This document shows, in pieces, positions 45,266-57,200 of a stretch of 59,912 nucleotides of DNA. The notes beneath the pieces are model-generated. The model ran no database searches and was not told the origin of the DNA. It saw only the letters and a list, made by a program, of their open reading frames with translations. The position numbers and the translations under genes are program-made. Each line of letters opens with the position of its first letter. Positions within the stretch are counted from its first letter, which is position 1. The DNA comes from a virus. Lineage: Duplodnaviria; Caudoviricetes. The DNA lies in the IMG/VR virus record IMGVR_UViG_3300034092_003926, positions 1-59,912 of that record, one strand, 5' to 3'.

Positions 45266-47992
45266 TCATTCACATAGAGGGAATTGTATGGAAACTGTCG
45301 GACCGGACGTTCCCGCATCGCATGATCCAAGGCCGGAAGGGGTCACCACAGAGACGGGCAACAGCAGTGGCGGCCAGTTGCCAGGCAAAAACTGTCCGCA
45401 GTGCTCATAGCATTCGTACTCGCCAACCCACGTCTTCGTGGTTTGCTCAACTACCTCACGCCCGCCGTTTCCATCGTCGTCCCATGTGGAACACGTCGCG
45501 GAAACTGTCAGCAGCCATTTGTCGGCAACTGTTTCCGGGGTCTCCGATGGCGAGCACGAGATGGTTGCGGATGCGAAGTAGTACGTTTCCGTATAGGACT
45601 CGTTGAAGACTTCAAATGTGATATTGGGAGATGTGCCGGAGTCCGTATACACCCATCGCTGGCTACCCGCACCTCGAATGTCGTTGGGCTCGTTTCCGAC
45701 TGTGAACAACTCGCCGAAAAACTGGAGCTGAACGCCGGCTAGGCTTTGACCGCACCAGCAATCAGTATAGCAGTTTACTGGGATTCTCTCTATATTTGAA
45801 TATACAGATAATGATCCAGCAATTAAAAATCTTGTTCGAACATAGCCACTAGCAGGTAAGTACATACCCATAGGACTATCCTGATCGTCTATCGCCCATA
45901 AACAATCAGCAATAGCATTAGATATAATCTTGGTTCCTGAACCAACTATAGTCTTTGGTAAACCAGTATTACTAACAGTGTAAGTAATTCCTCCATAAAA
46001 ATCAAACCAGTCACATTCTCCACTTGGACTTCCATCAACCTTCGCTTCTCCAAGAATACTTACTTGTGGATCTGGAGAAAAAATAGAATCATAAATGGTA
46101 CCAGAAACTATTACATCAACTAAGCAATTATCGTTTTCGTCTACACGTAAATTATTTAAGCTTAAGTATGGACCATCTGTTAGATTGGTATGACCGTTTC
46201 CACTATCGCACACTAAAGTTAAGATATAATAATTTGAAGTATTGATGTAGGCACATGGATTATATACTACACCAGAAGTCACGCAAACTGATGCACCGCA
46301 GCACTCTGTGCCTGATGGACAACAAGTATAATATTCGGGAGGACAACCAACGCCGCCATCTCCACATGGAACATATGAAGCTTCTGTTATAGTAACACCA
46401 TTAGCTGTTAAATAGCCTTCTCCACTTATTCCGGAAGAAATAGCAGCTATATTATAAATATAAGGATAGTTAGTATCACCAAAAAATATTTTATCATTTA
46501 CTTGAATATCTATGGAGGCATTATTAGTTATATTTAAAACAAGTGTTTGTATACCAGAATATGAATTTGTCCACACATATTGATAAGGGAAAAGATTTAT
46601 ATCCGAGCTTGGCAATGTATCAGCATAATATACACTATTAAAAACTAAGTCGGTGCCATTAACTACGCTATTAGGAATAAAACATCCGGTACCAGTTGGC
46701 GTAGGTGTTGGCGTTGGCGTAACCGTTGGTGTTGGCGTTACCGTTGGTGTTGGTGTTGGCGTTACCGTTGGTGTTGGTGTTGGCGTTACCGTTGGTGTTG
46801 GCGTGGGCGTTACCGTTGGTGTTGGCGTGGGCGTAACCGTTGGTGTTGGTGTTGGCGTAACCGTTGGTGTTGGCGTGGGCGTAACCGTTGGTGTTGGCGT
46901 TGGCGTAACCGTTGGTGTTGGCGTTGGCGTAACCGTTGGTGTTGGCGTTGGCGTAACCGTTGGTGTTGGCGTTGGCGTAACCGTTGGTGTTGGCGTGGGC
47001 GTAACTGTTGGTGCTGCATAGACCGAGTAATTATTATGAGAAACAACCTCTACTGTAGCCCTAGCCATTCCTCTATATAAATTGGGTGTAACAGAATCCA
47101 TTTCATATAAACTAACATTTTTAATAAAGCACTGATTCCAATGATATTTATTAACTATATCTGGATACATTAAAGGATTATTTTTCAGTTCACCATTGTG
47201 ATCTAATGGAAAATCGTCATTTTGTGTTAAACTATTAGTATTGTATAGGTTAATAGTTAAATCTTGTTGCAGACGTAAAATATCTAAGAGTTTATTTCTA
47301 TCGTTTTTATTTTCTGCAAATACATAAAAAGCAATATCCTGTTCTAACCATAAGCTTGTATTACCTAATTCATACGGTCTTGATCTTGATCTTGGAATAC
47401 TCTCAACAACTATTGCTGGTAATTGTATTCTATGGTTGCCTGCTATTGACCATTCTCCTGTACCTAATTGTTTTATATCTTCGTTATTGTTTTGTAAACT
47501 AGGATATTGTAATTGATTAAACCATGGACTATCACTAGCTCTATAAACTTGCACAAAACGATAACTATGATTGATTTTTATAGTGCTAGTTTTGTTAATA
47601 GCTGTATCAAAAACAATACGTCCGTCAGGATAATTAATGATAAAATTACCACTATTATATGGTATATATGAGTTGTTAATAAATAAACCACTAATTTTAA
47701 TTGGACTATTACTGTTATGAATAATACCACTTTCCCAAACCCAGTCTTTTCTAATACCTTGCCACACTTGACCAATATTATATGATGGATCATCGACTAA
47801 TAGCAGTGTGGCTGGTGGATTATAATTACCATAAATAGTTCCACTATTTACTATATTGGCATCAAACCATGCTCCAATATTAAGAAAAGACCAATCAAAA
47901 AACATTTTAAAGTTGCTCTCTAAAATATTTAGTAACAAATCTTCAGATATATTATTGATTCCTTTAAAAACAATATTATGATTACAATTCAT
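45266..47992 (-). CDS. Putative tail completion/terminator protein fused to a PT-repeat linker and Cys-rich C-terminal domains
   Basis: N-terminal ~320 aa with QLPAIVVE...[19 protein letters not shown] (terminator-like; also supported by position); then (PTVTPTPT)n; then Cys-rich extension. Confidence 0.6.
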   Translation of the reverse strand: MNCNHNIVFKGINNISEDLLLNILESNFKMFFDWSFLNIGAWFDANIVNSGTIYGNYNPPATLLLVDDPSYNIGQVWQGIRKDWVWESGIIHNSNSPIKISGLFINNSYIPYNSGNFIINYPDGRIVFDTAINKTSTIKINHSYRFVQVYRASDSPWFNQLQYPSLQNNNEDIKQLGTGEWSIAGNHRIQLPAIVVESIPRSRSRPYELGNTSLWLEQDIAFYVFAENKNDRNKLLDILRLQQDLTINLYNTNSLTQNDDFPLDHNGELKNNPLMYPDIVNKYHWNQCFIKNVSLYEMDSVTPNLYRGMARATVEVVSHNNYSVYAAPTVTPTPTPTVTPTPTPTVTPTPTPTVTPTPTPTVTPTPTPTVTPTPTPTVTPTPTPTVTPTPTPTVTPTPTPTVTPTPTPTVTPTPTPTVTPTPTVTPTPTPTPTGTGCFIPNSVVNGTDLVFNSVYYADTLPSSDINLFPYQYVWTNSYSGIQTLVLNITNNASIDIQVNDKIFFGDTNYPYIYNIAAISSGISGEGYLTANGVTITEASYVPCGDGGVGCPPEYYTCCPSGTECCGASVCVTSGVVYNPCAYINTSNYYILTLVCDSGNGHTNLTDGPYLSLNNLRVDENDNCLVDVIVSGTIYDSIFSPDPQVSILGEAKVDGSPSGECDWFDFYGGITYTVSNTGLPKTIVGSGTKIISNAIADCLWAIDDQDSPMGMYLPASGYVRTRFLIAGSLSVYSNIERIPVNCYTDCWCGQSLAGVQLQFFGELFTVGNEPNDIRGAGSQRWVYTDSGTSPNITFEVFNESYTETYYFASATISCSPSETPETVADKWLLTVSATCSTWDDDGNGGREVVEQTTKTWVGEYECYEHCGQFLPGNWPPLLLPVSVVTPSGLGSCDAGTSGPTVSIQFPLCE
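45290..45770. other. High-GC segment encoding the C-terminal domain of the PT-repeat protein
   Basis: Hand count 238/420 G+C (57%) over 45301-45720, versus 16/60 (45181-45240) and 17/60 (45781-45840). Confidence 0.85.
46694..47012 (-). repeat. 24-bp coding tandem repeat, ~13 units, (PTVTPTPT)n
   Basis: Plus-strand units like AACCGTTGGTGTTGGCGTTGGCGT with synonymous variants. Confidence 0.95.
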
Positions 47993-48624
47993 AAAAATGC
48001 CTTTTCTAAAAGTTTCTCTATATCTGTTGAAGCATCTTCAATAGCGCGGGTTATCCAATTATTAGAAATAGTACCAGCATATTCTGATGGAACTCTCCAA
48101 CTTGAATTTGAAGATTTCATAATTGCCCCACCAGTTCTAGATCTTATATTAGGACCAAAAAATACTTCATGCTTTTTTACTATGATAGCAGACCCATCTA
48201 ATAATAACCATTTTAGCCACGGCAAGCTATAATTATTTACTGCATCAACAACATTAGCTTCTGGCATCCCTAAAACATCAGCAAAATCTACCTTGATTAA
48301 TTCAGCAGAAAATGAGCTCTTAATTTTTTTTCCTACTATTGCTGGCTCATTATACTGATATACAATATTAGATATCCAACTATCTATTATCGACGACACC
48401 CTCATTCCTGCATCAGGGATACCAAATTCTAATCTTAGTTGACCACTAATAAGACTATTGTATTCTGGTCTAGATGCTATAGCTGTATATACAACATAAG
48501 GAAGCTCTGCTTTAATTTTAGATATACTTGCATTCATAAATTTTTTACTCGATGGTAGCAAAGCTTCTAAAATTGATTTTTGTATTTGAGATTCAGATTC
48601 TAATATTTTTAAAGAAAATTTCAT
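47989..48624 (-). CDS. Putative neck/tail completion protein
   Basis: ATG 48624 overlaps the upstream TGA (MKFSLKILE...); [24 protein letters not shown]. Function from synteny only. Confidence 0.55.
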   Translation of the reverse strand: MKFSLKILESESQIQKSILEALLPSSKKFMNASISKIKAELPYVVYTAIASRPEYNSLISGQLRLEFGIPDAGMRVSSIIDSWISNIVYQYNEPAIVGKKIKSSFSAELIKVDFADVLGMPEANVVDAVNNYSLPWLKWLLLDGSAIIVKKHEVFFGPNIRSRTGGAIMKSSNSSWRVPSEYAGTISNNWITRAIEDASTDIEKLLEKAFL

Positions 48625-49130
48625 AAGTCTTGCCACATACAAAGAATATATTTATTATCACCCAATCCGGCATAAGTAGGATCAGCATATAAAGTATATT
48701 TAGGATTATTGCCGCTTTGATTATATATAACCGTCATATCTTTACATTGTTTTAAACTATCATAATATATATTACTACATATTGTTTGTATCATATTATC
48801 AGCTATAGCAATATTGTGAGGTACATTAATCCATTTTTTATTATCAGCTATAATAGCTAAATAAATAGTTTCAGTCTTCTCTTCTCCGCTCCACCCAACT
48901 CCATAACAATAAGGACAGAGTTGACCAAGAGTAAACGGTATTGGGCCGCCATTCTTATATTTATTAGATGATTTTTTTAAGGAAGGATCGTATATGCAAT
49001 TTGGACAAATTTCTTTTTTGGTTACACCATAATTTAATAAACATTTTGTTGTAAGGCCGGTATTACTCAATAGCAAATCCATTTGCTTATTATAAATGCT
49101 TTGTAAATTAGAAAAGTTAGGATATGTCAT
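48621..49130 (-). CDS. Putative head closure protein with Zn-binding insert
   Basis: CPNC...CPYCYGVG; position in the adaptor-closure-neck-terminator-tube order. Confidence 0.5.
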   Translation of the reverse strand: MTYPNFSNLQSIYNKQMDLLLSNTGLTTKCLLNYGVTKKEICPNCIYDPSLKKSSNKYKNGGPIPFTLGQLCPYCYGVGWSGEEKTETIYLAIIADNKKWINVPHNIAIADNMIQTICSNIYYDSLKQCKDMTVIYNQSGNNPKYTLYADPTYAGLGDNKYILCMWQDL

Positions 49131-49140
49131 AATATATTAC

Positions 49141-49665
49141 TTACGAATAAAAGTCGTTATTCCCTAGATTTCTAAAAGGACCAATATTCATATATCGTGG
49201 ATCAAATTTATTACTAACAAACGGAGATAATACAGCAGCAAAAGCTGTTGCATTTTTAACATCCCAATGACTTGTTAATTCATCATACATGGCACAGGCG
49301 CCGTGGTCTATAATAGACTGCCAGCCTGCTAAACTACCACCAAAACTTAAACTAGCTGGGCCTAGCGCTGTTCTGATGCCTTCCATAGCAGCTTTGGTTC
49401 TTAATGTTCCTTGATCAATAATACACGCAGCCTTTAAGCACATAAGACTTGTAAAAATTTCATCGCCATTATCAACTGGATCAGGAGTAATATTTTTGTA
49501 AACAACATCAACAATATATTTTTGACCTAATTCTACATCAAATTGTACATATTTTGCCGCCACGGCCAATATTTGTTGAATTCTACAATCACTAAATTCA
49601 TATGGTGTATTAAGGTCATTAACTAGCGTTCTGGTAACAATAGTTAACTCATCTTGCCATGCCAT
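49141..49665 (-). CDS. Putative head-tail adaptor protein
   Basis: RTLVND....EFSD..I start typical of adaptors; first gene of the joining module; AAAGG SD. Confidence 0.5.
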   Translation of the reverse strand: MAWQDELTIVTRTLVNDLNTPYEFSDCRIQQILAVAAKYVQFDVELGQKYIVDVVYKNITPDPVDNGDEIFTSLMCLKAACIIDQGTLRTKAAMEGIRTALGPASLSFGGSLAGWQSIIDHGACAMYDELTSHWDVKNATAFAAVLSPFVSNKFDPRYMNIGPFRNLGNNDFYS

Positions 49666-49699
49666 AAAGAGACCTTTCTGTTTATCTATTAAAAGTATA

Positions 49700-49714
49700 T
49701 AATAACAAATACAC
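49700..49714 (-). promoter_or_regulatory. Putative late promoter
   Basis: Minus strand GTGTATTTGTTATTA in the intergenic gap (TA offset by one relative to the other copies). Confidence 0.5.
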
Positions 49715-49728
49715 TCAACGGCCTTAAA

Positions 49729-50103
49729 TCACTCTGGCTCTGGTGTTGGCTCTGGTGTTGGCTCTGGTGTTGGCTCTGGTGTTGGCTCTGGTGTTGGCGT
49801 AATAACGGTTACTGTGCCATCTTCATTCATACTAAATTGGCCAATTAAACTCCAACCTTCTGATATAGCTTGTGGCTTAATATTGTCAATAAGTTGACCG
49901 AGGGCATAATGAAGCAAAAAAACCTCTTTAGCGTCAGTTCCTAATGCTGATGCTATTTCTGACGGAGTTGCTCGCGGATTATTCCAAAAAACTTTAGACC
50001 CATTATTAAAAGAATCAACCATGGATTGAAATGTTTGTCTGGCAGTATTCTTTATATTTAATGCTATAATTTCTGAAGCAGGTTTTGCATCTAAAATACT
50101 CAT
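49729..50103 (-). CDS. Small protein with C-terminal (PTPE)n tail
   Basis: 124 aa, AGGAG SD; ends TPTPEPTPEPTPEPTPEPTPEPE. Confidence 0.75.
   Translation of the reverse strand: MSILDAKPASEIIALNIKNTARQTFQSMVDSFNNGSKVFWNNPRATPSEIASALGTDAKEVFLLHYALGQLIDNIKPQAISEGWSLIGQFSMNEDGTVTVITPTPEPTPEPTPEPTPEPTPEPE
49732..49800 (-). repeat. 12-bp coding tandem repeat, ~5 units, (PTPE)n
   Basis: Plus-strand CTCTGGTGTTGG repeated. Confidence 0.9.
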
Positions 50104-50115
50104 AATTTTCTCCTT

Positions 50116-53100
50116 TTATACATAAGTTATTGACATATTAACTGTTGAACTACTGGCTGGAAAACCAGAAGCTTGAACAATTATATTGGTAGAAGATGCA
50201 GTAATAGTTAAAGTAGATGTATTAAACGTGGCATCGTTCCATTTGTCTGTGATATTTGTTCCTACAATAGCAGCATTTCCGGTTCCAACCCTCTTAACTA
50301 ATCCTGTAATATTCCATGATGCTGTGGCTGAATTTGTAGCATTGTATACGCTAGCTTTTAAATTAAAGTGTTTGGCAGAAGAGGGTGGTATAGATATAGT
50401 CCATAGTGTAGTATTGGATGAGGACAATATGGTTGTTGTTGTTACAGTTTGCGTGGAGATAGTGTTAGAGTCTATATCAAATAATAATGTGGCGCCTCCG
50501 GCTATGTTGCTTCCAATTTTTAAAGTAGGAGTGATGATAGCCCCATAGTCACCAAGCAATTCACAGGCGGTTCCGGCAGTTCCTCCAGCATTATTAACTA
50601 TCAATCCATTGGTATCCATTGTTACAGAATTACCAGGGGCATCTAATTTTTCTCCAACTCCAAGAACATTAAATATGGCAGTTCCATTTGTTATCCAGGA
50701 ATAATCGTAACCATTTTCGCTTGGGCCAATTTGTAAATTATTATGACACCATAAAGTACCATTTACAGATAATTTAGCCGTATCTTCTGCTGTATTATTA
50801 ATGAAGTTATAACTAGTAGTATTTATGCCAACATTTCCAACATTATTAATTCTAACTCTTTCTATGCCACTAGTACTAATAGAGAAAACATTTGATGCTG
50901 GACTAAATAATCCGGTATCAGAATCATTAATAAACTCAAATGAAGGAAGCAACGCTGAACCAGATCCGGCTATAAATGATCCACTTGATCTTATATCTCC
51001 GTTAGTACTAATTCCACTACTAAATATTCCACTTCCAATAACGTGAATTTGGGCATTTGGAGTTGTGGTTCCTACGCCAAATCTTCCTCTATTATCAAAA
51101 GTAGCAACTTCTGAGTAATAATTATAAATTTTTAATCTACCAGAAGATGCTACATCTATATACTGATCACCCGGTCCTTTACCCCTATAACCTATAATCA
51201 TTGATCTAGTATTATTATCCAAAGTTATCCAACTAGCAGCGTCATTAAAGGAATAAATTGAAGCATTATTTCCTTCGCCATTATTAGTTGGATTTAATAT
51301 ACTGAAGCCGTTTGGTAAAAACATTTTATTAGCATTATCAACACCAATAACGTCTGTACCATTTCTGGATATAAAAAATTGATTATCATAATTTCCAGGA
51401 CCACCAATTCTAAAATCTATTCTAGGATTATTAGTACTACCTCCGCTATTTAATCTCAATAAAGAACCAAAGGCTCTTTCATTAACATCAGGGAAAAGAC
51501 CGCTAGCGCCACTAATATGAACAAAAGTATGAGGCGTTACGGCTTGGGATATCCAAGTTGGGAAACCACTAATGCCTACTCCTAATCTGCCACTAAAAAG
51601 TCCTGTTCCTATTACATGTAGTTGACCACTAGGAGTGCTTGTTCCTATTCCGACACTCCCTTCGACAAGTAACCCATTTGTAGGAGCAGAGACATTATAA
51701 TTTGCACCAATAGTTGCTGCACCATTGACAGCTAATCTATTTAGTGGGCTAACATGCCCCATGCCAACTCTATCATTACCCTTAAGTATAAATGCAGTAG
51801 AAGAACCGATATAGGTATCTGAAGAAGCGCTAGGTCTTTCTATTCTAACATTATCTGCTGTATCACAACGAATAATATTAAACTCAGAACCTGCGGATGT
51901 AGAACTACGAATTGAAACGTTATTTGGTATAAATAAGCCACTAGTAAATATACCGCTTCCTATTACATGAAGTTGGCTGGCTGGACTTGATGTTCCTATT
52001 CCTAATCTATTACTAGTACTATCCCAAATTAATTGATTACTATCAGCCAGTAAACCACTGGTACTACTCCAGTAGGGAATATGATTGGCAACTCCGGTTC
52101 CAGTAACGGGATTCGTGAGCGTGGCCTGTTTGCTATCTAATTGGGTTTGAATATTACTACTAACACCACTAACATAACTTAATTCTGTTAATGTTGGAGA
52201 AGTTAAAGATACTATATCTTTATCATTATTAAATATTGCAATAGTATCTGCTGTTTCATTGTTTAATCTTAAATAGCCATCTACATGAGTATTATTTTGT
52301 AAAAAAATGGTAATATCATTAATAATCATACCAGCAGTAGATGATGATATAGTTACCGGATCAGTTCCGCTGATTGTAGAAGCAAAAATTGTATCATTAA
52401 AAGTTTTAATACCACTAATAGTTTGATTGCCAGTTGTATATACTAAATTAGTAGGTATTTGGGCCACAACAGCATCATTAAAATCACCAATATCAGTAGA
52501 AACAAGACTTAAATCAGTTTTAAAATTTTCTTTAGTAATATATAATAATGATTGAGAAGAAACGTCAGGAGTATTTGATCCATCAAAAATAGGAATCCAT
52601 CCAAAAGTAGAACTAGAACTAGCAAATAAACTTAATCCTCCACTAAACACAGATTCTGATAAAAATGTTTTAATCCCACTAATAGTTTGATTACCAGTAG
52701 TATAGACCAAAGTTGAGGGAAGAAGTCCACTAACACTGCTAGCAAAATCGGTAATGTTTGATGATGAGTGAGTATGGCCACTAACACTTACCACAGTACC
52801 ATTGACGGTTAATCCATTAGCGAAGTTATGAATTGCATTAACTGTTCGTGCATTATCCACATGTAAATATTGAGAGTGATCATCATCACCTAATCCAAAT
52901 AAATTTCCATGATCATTTTGAGTAACTCCAGCAATAGTACTAATTACGGCTACTCGTATATCAAGAATACTAAGTAAAGTACATTTAGGAACATTTGTAT
53001 AATCACTATCTCCAGCAAATATTAATCGATAAAGAGGTTTAACTTCACTTAATGGAAGATTAGTAAGATTAACATCACTCCAAGAGTTATTGCTTTCAGC

Positions 53101-54195
53101 CGATCCTTGATTGCTATCAATTCTTTGACCCATAATACTAATTATAGGATCATCAATCTGATTAGTTGCGAGAATCCATACTGCAAAGTATCTTGTTTGT
53201 CCACCGGGGCTAACGTAAGGAATTGTCCAAGTTCCATCAGTTAATAAGTTATATTGTGGCCCATTAGCATCATATTTAACAGGATAGTTCGTGGCAGTAT
53301 TCTTAACCCACTGACCAGTAGTTCCTTCATGATAATAAACGGGAATTTGAGCAATCGGACTTAACTCTTGACAGAACGGATCAGCACTAGAACTATCAGT
53401 AATATTTATCTCAATATCTTCTTGATAAAGAGTACCATTACCAATTGATATAGTTGCATGACTATTACTAGACCCATTTCCGCCTAAAACATAATCACTA
53501 ATACTCAAACCATCAACATATTGCACACCAAAAGTATTATGAATCCACTTGTGAGTACTAGTATCCATCACAATACCATGACGCTCTTCAGCAAAGAAAG
53601 TCATTTGTCCACTAGGGCCAACTCCACTATTCCAAGCTACATATGCGATAGGAATATCAATATCAAAATCAAATCTTGTAGTTTTATTTGATATTTGATT
53701 AGTAGCAGTATCAAAATGAATATAATTAATTTGAGTAAGATTTGGTATAGTTAAACTATCACCACTAGTTTTAACAACTTTGACGCCTTTATTATAATAA
53801 CTATATGAACTTCCTGTAGGTTCTATCCTAAATACATTTCCACTAACACTAATTCTACTATCAGTTCTATTAATAAATCCTTGAGGCTGTTGACTATCAG
53901 CATGAGCCAGATTAGTAGAAGCTATTGTATAAATTCCACTATTATTAGTTACTGAAATATCATATCCACCACTAATATTGAAATTAGTTATATCAGAAAT
54001 CAAATGGGTATGGCCGCTGATGCTAACTCCAGTACCATTTACTCGTAAACTATTAATAAAATTTCCACTATTAGCTGTAAAAATGCCACTAAGATTAACA
54101 ATATTACCGCTTGGAATTAGTATAGTATCTCCAATAGCGTTATCGCTAACATTAATAACCTGAGATAATACTGCGTTTTTTCGTGATAGTGTCAT
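50116..54195 (-). CDS. Tail fibre/adhesin-like virion protein
   Basis: Repeats G(I/V)GT.(S/T)P..QLHVIG.G, SGHTH twice, LVYTTGNQTISGIKTF twice, GLGDDDH.QY, PSF.F..D.DTGLF. Confidence 0.75.
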   Translation of the reverse strand: MTLSRKNAVLSQVINVSDNAIGDTILIPSGNIVNLSGIFTANSGNFINSLRVNGTGVSISGHTHLISDITNFNISGGYDISVTNNSGIYTIASTNLAHADSQQPQGFINRTDSRISVSGNVFRIEPTGSSYSYYNKGVKVVKTSGDSLTIPNLTQINYIHFDTATNQISNKTTRFDFDIDIPIAYVAWNSGVGPSGQMTFFAEERHGIVMDTSTHKWIHNTFGVQYVDGLSISDYVLGGNGSSNSHATISIGNGTLYQEDIEINITDSSSADPFCQELSPIAQIPVYYHEGTTGQWVKNTATNYPVKYDANGPQYNLLTDGTWTIPYVSPGGQTRYFAVWILATNQIDDPIISIMGQRIDSNQGSAESNNSWSDVNLTNLPLSEVKPLYRLIFAGDSDYTNVPKCTLLSILDIRVAVISTIAGVTQNDHGNLFGLGDDDHSQYLHVDNARTVNAIHNFANGLTVNGTVVSVSGHTHSSSNITDFASSVSGLLPSTLVYTTGNQTISGIKTFLSESVFSGGLSLFASSSSTFGWIPIFDGSNTPDVSSQSLLYITKENFKTDLSLVSTDIGDFNDAVVAQIPTNLVYTTGNQTISGIKTFNDTIFASTISGTDPVTISSSTAGMIINDITIFLQNNTHVDGYLRLNNETADTIAIFNNDKDIVSLTSPTLTELSYVSGVSSNIQTQLDSKQATLTNPVTGTGVANHIPYWSSTSGLLADSNQLIWDSTSNRLGIGTSSPASQLHVIGSGIFTSGLFIPNNVSIRSSTSAGSEFNIIRCDTADNVRIERPSASSDTYIGSSTAFILKGNDRVGMGHVSPLNRLAVNGAATIGANYNVSAPTNGLLVEGSVGIGTSTPSGQLHVIGTGLFSGRLGVGISGFPTWISQAVTPHTFVHISGASGLFPDVNERAFGSLLRLNSGGSTNNPRIDFRIGGPGNYDNQFFISRNGTDVIGVDNANKMFLPNGFSILNPTNNGEGNNASIYSFNDAASWITLDNNTRSMIIGYRGKGPGDQYIDVASSGRLKIYNYYSEVATFDNRGRFGVGTTTPNAQIHVIGSGIFSSGISTNGDIRSSGSFIAGSGSALLPSFEFINDSDTGLFSPASNVFSISTSGIERVRINNVGNVGINTTSYNFINNTAEDTAKLSVNGTLWCHNNLQIGPSENGYDYSWITNGTAIFNVLGVGEKLDAPGNSVTMDTNGLIVNNAGGTAGTACELLGDYGAIITPTLKIGSNIAGGATLLFDIDSNTISTQTVTTTTILSSSNTTLWTISIPPSSAKHFNLKASVYNATNSATASWNITGLVKRVGTGNAAIVGTNITDKWNDATFNTSTLTITASSTNIIVQASGFPASSSTVNMSITYV

Positions 54196-54201
54196 GTAAA
54201 A

Positions 54202-57200
54202 TTAATAAAATAATAAGGTTCTAAAATGTTCAGTATTTCCATGTCTATTAATCCATAGATAGTTTAATCTATCTGTTGTGGTAAAGATTTCCATTTTATT
54301 ACCTATTTGAGCAGTACCTGCCGTATAAGGTACTGTTCCAGCGCCATGAATATATCCCGTATTAACATCTAAACGATAAATACGTTGAGTAATATCTTTA
54401 ATAAAATAAATGTTATTACCACCATCATAAGCATAAAAACTTCCAGTACTTAAAGTTTCTGTGAATGGTGCTGTATGAACATAAGTTATACGATCTGTTG
54501 TTAAATCTATCTTATCAATACCAACAAGACCGCCACCTCTGGCACACCATAAATATCTTCCTCTATTTAATGAATGTATTCCTTCATTACCATAAACCCA
54601 AGATAGTTCATGTCCAACATTCTTAACTGGAGTACTAACAATAGTATAAATAGTATTTGCTGCTGGTGCCACTGCTGTAGCAAATGATATTGTTCCTGTT
54701 AATGGATTTACGCCTGTTATAATTAACTCTTGATTAGCACCATTACCAGTCATTGTTCTAATACGTCTTCCTACTAACCAACTTGATCCACCGCTTGGCC
54801 CAAAAGCACAACAAGTCATTGTTCCGCTTACAGCACCAGATGTTGGTTGACTAAGAGTAAGTGTTGTGGTTCCCTGACCAGCAATAATTCTAGTACCAGT
54901 AGCAATGCCTGTTCCCGTAATGAACCATCCATTAACATTACCCGGAGCAGCAGCACTAAGAGTAATGGTAGTTGCTTGAGCAGAAGCAGAACCTGTAGCA
55001 GTTGCCCACACAGCATTAGCATCAACAAGGGTTGTTGTTGTACCACCAGTTGCAACACCATAAGTATACTGTTGAGCAGCATTGCCTTCTGATTGAGCGC
55101 CAATAATTGGAGCATTTGTTACAATATATCTAGAAACGCTAGGGATAGGTGTTGTTATTGATCCACCTAAAAATCCGATAGTTCCACCAAGAGGAGAAAT
55201 ACCTTGAAATGCTTGGCTAGTTGTGCTACCAGTTGTTAATGCCGGTGCAGATGTGGCAATAATAAATATTTTTCCAGCAACTTCTGGAGGATAAAAAGTA
55301 ATAGTGCCAGTTACTGCTCCAGTACACGCTCTACTTAAAACTATCGCCGTGTTTCCAGCACCACTTATTACATATGTATCTGGAGGAATGTTAGTTCCAG
55401 AAACTAGCCAACCATTAATATTTGCGTTAGTATTGGCGGTCATTGTGATAGTTGCCACACCAGCACCACCGCCAGTAGAAACTGTACTTGTGACAGCGGT
55501 TGTTGGCCCCCAAGGACTAAATGTAATAATACCGGCTGGAGTACCTCCCTGAGTTGGTATAGTAAGAGATGTTGTTCCTGCTCCACTAGTTACTCTAGTA
55601 CCCGGAGTAATATTTGTTCCAGTAACATACCACCCGTTAATATTTGAAGGAGTAGCTCTAGCAAAAGTTAATGTTGTTGTATTTGCCGATGATAGATTAT
55701 CTCTAAAATCTTTGCTAGCATCAGAAAGATTATTTGTCCCTAATGCAGTTAGATAAGAGTATGTTCCAGAACCTGCGGCACTAGGAGCGTATGTAAAAGT
55801 TGTAGTACTCGGTACGCTAGTAACTTGCACTAAACCTGTTACGTTATACTGATCTGCTGCTGCGCTCGTTACTCCACGAATTGAAACCCAATCGCCCACT
55901 TTTAAATTATGAGGCTGAGTAGAAGTGGCGGTTATAGTTGTTGTGCCAGTTAAACTCGTTAATGCTATTGGAAGTTCATCAATTATATTATGAGCAGAAT
56001 CGGAACGTAAAGCCGCTAATACGCAAGCAACTCCAAAATCTCTAGAACGACCAAGGTGCATCATATTTATTCCGCCCATCGTTGAGTATTGGAAATGCTG
56101 TGCTGATCCACCCCATGTTATGTGCATAGTATCGCTATCACCTTGAATACTATATACTGATGTATTATCTGGTAAAACGCTCCACCCTCTATAAAGAGTT
56201 AGGGCTGTTGAAGTATTAGATAAAATTCTACGAACTTGACCAGCACCTTTACCAAAAACAATTCTAACGGCATAATTTCTCCAAGCATTAGTTGTCCAAG
56301 TTTTAGAAGTGTCTATTAAAGTGTTATAATTATTAGAACCTGTTGATGTTCCAGCATCAAATCCTAATAGTTCATATCTGGAGGTAGCGTCGGGGGCTGT
56401 TCCAATAGCAGAGAATGTTAAGGTAGTTGCTGTATTACTTATAACTTCTACTTCTTGACCTCGGCCAGTTCCGCTAAATATAAATAACTCGTAGCCAACC
56501 CATTCGTTTGGTGTCCAATCAGCACTAGAATCTACAAGAGTGGTAGTTGATCCGCCAGTAGCCATACCTCTATACCAGATGCTAGAATTTTCAGTAGTTC
56601 TTTCTAGACTATTATCTGCTGGTAATGCTAGTGTTAAGTTTTGAATAGCCGGTAAAGCATACCATACATCATTAAGAACATCATAGTACTGAATAGTGTG
56701 AAATGGTGTTGCCCCTGCCCCAGAAACAAGTAATATGGCACCAGAACGTATCATAAATTTTGATGTTTGATCTGGCTGAACATCCCAAGCAGTATCTACT
56801 GTTATAACACTACTTTCTATTTGATAGTTAGTTCCGGCGGCTGGACTTGTCCAAGTATTATTACTCAATGGTTCATAAGCATTTATGTTTATATCACCAA
56901 TATTTAAAACTTGATTACTATTATAGATAATTTTTCTCACTTGGTTCGGACCAGTACCAAACGGCGTTGTTCTAACAACATATCCAATCCAACCATTATG
57001 GTTTCCGGTAGAACCAGTATAAGCACCACTGTTGGCAACGTCGGAAGAGATACTAGAACCAAACCAATTTTTTGAAGTATCTGTTAAAGATGTTGTTGCG
57101 CCGCCAGTTGCTATTCCAAAATCTGCAACAACTGGTTCATCAACATTAGTAATGACGCGCTCTTGACCAGCACCGGTGCCAGAAACTATACGAATTTTAA

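Noticed and set aside
46694-47012. CRISPR array
   Set aside because: Contiguous 24-bp units with no unique spacers; variation is synonymous in the PT reading frame.
45322-47046. Alternative-frame and antisense ORFs over the GC-rich patch and PT repeat (e.g. the VGVGVT and QHQRLR ORFs), and other short antisense ORFs in the track
   Set aside because: Shadows of the real CDS caused by high GC, repeats or codon bias; no SD or motif support.
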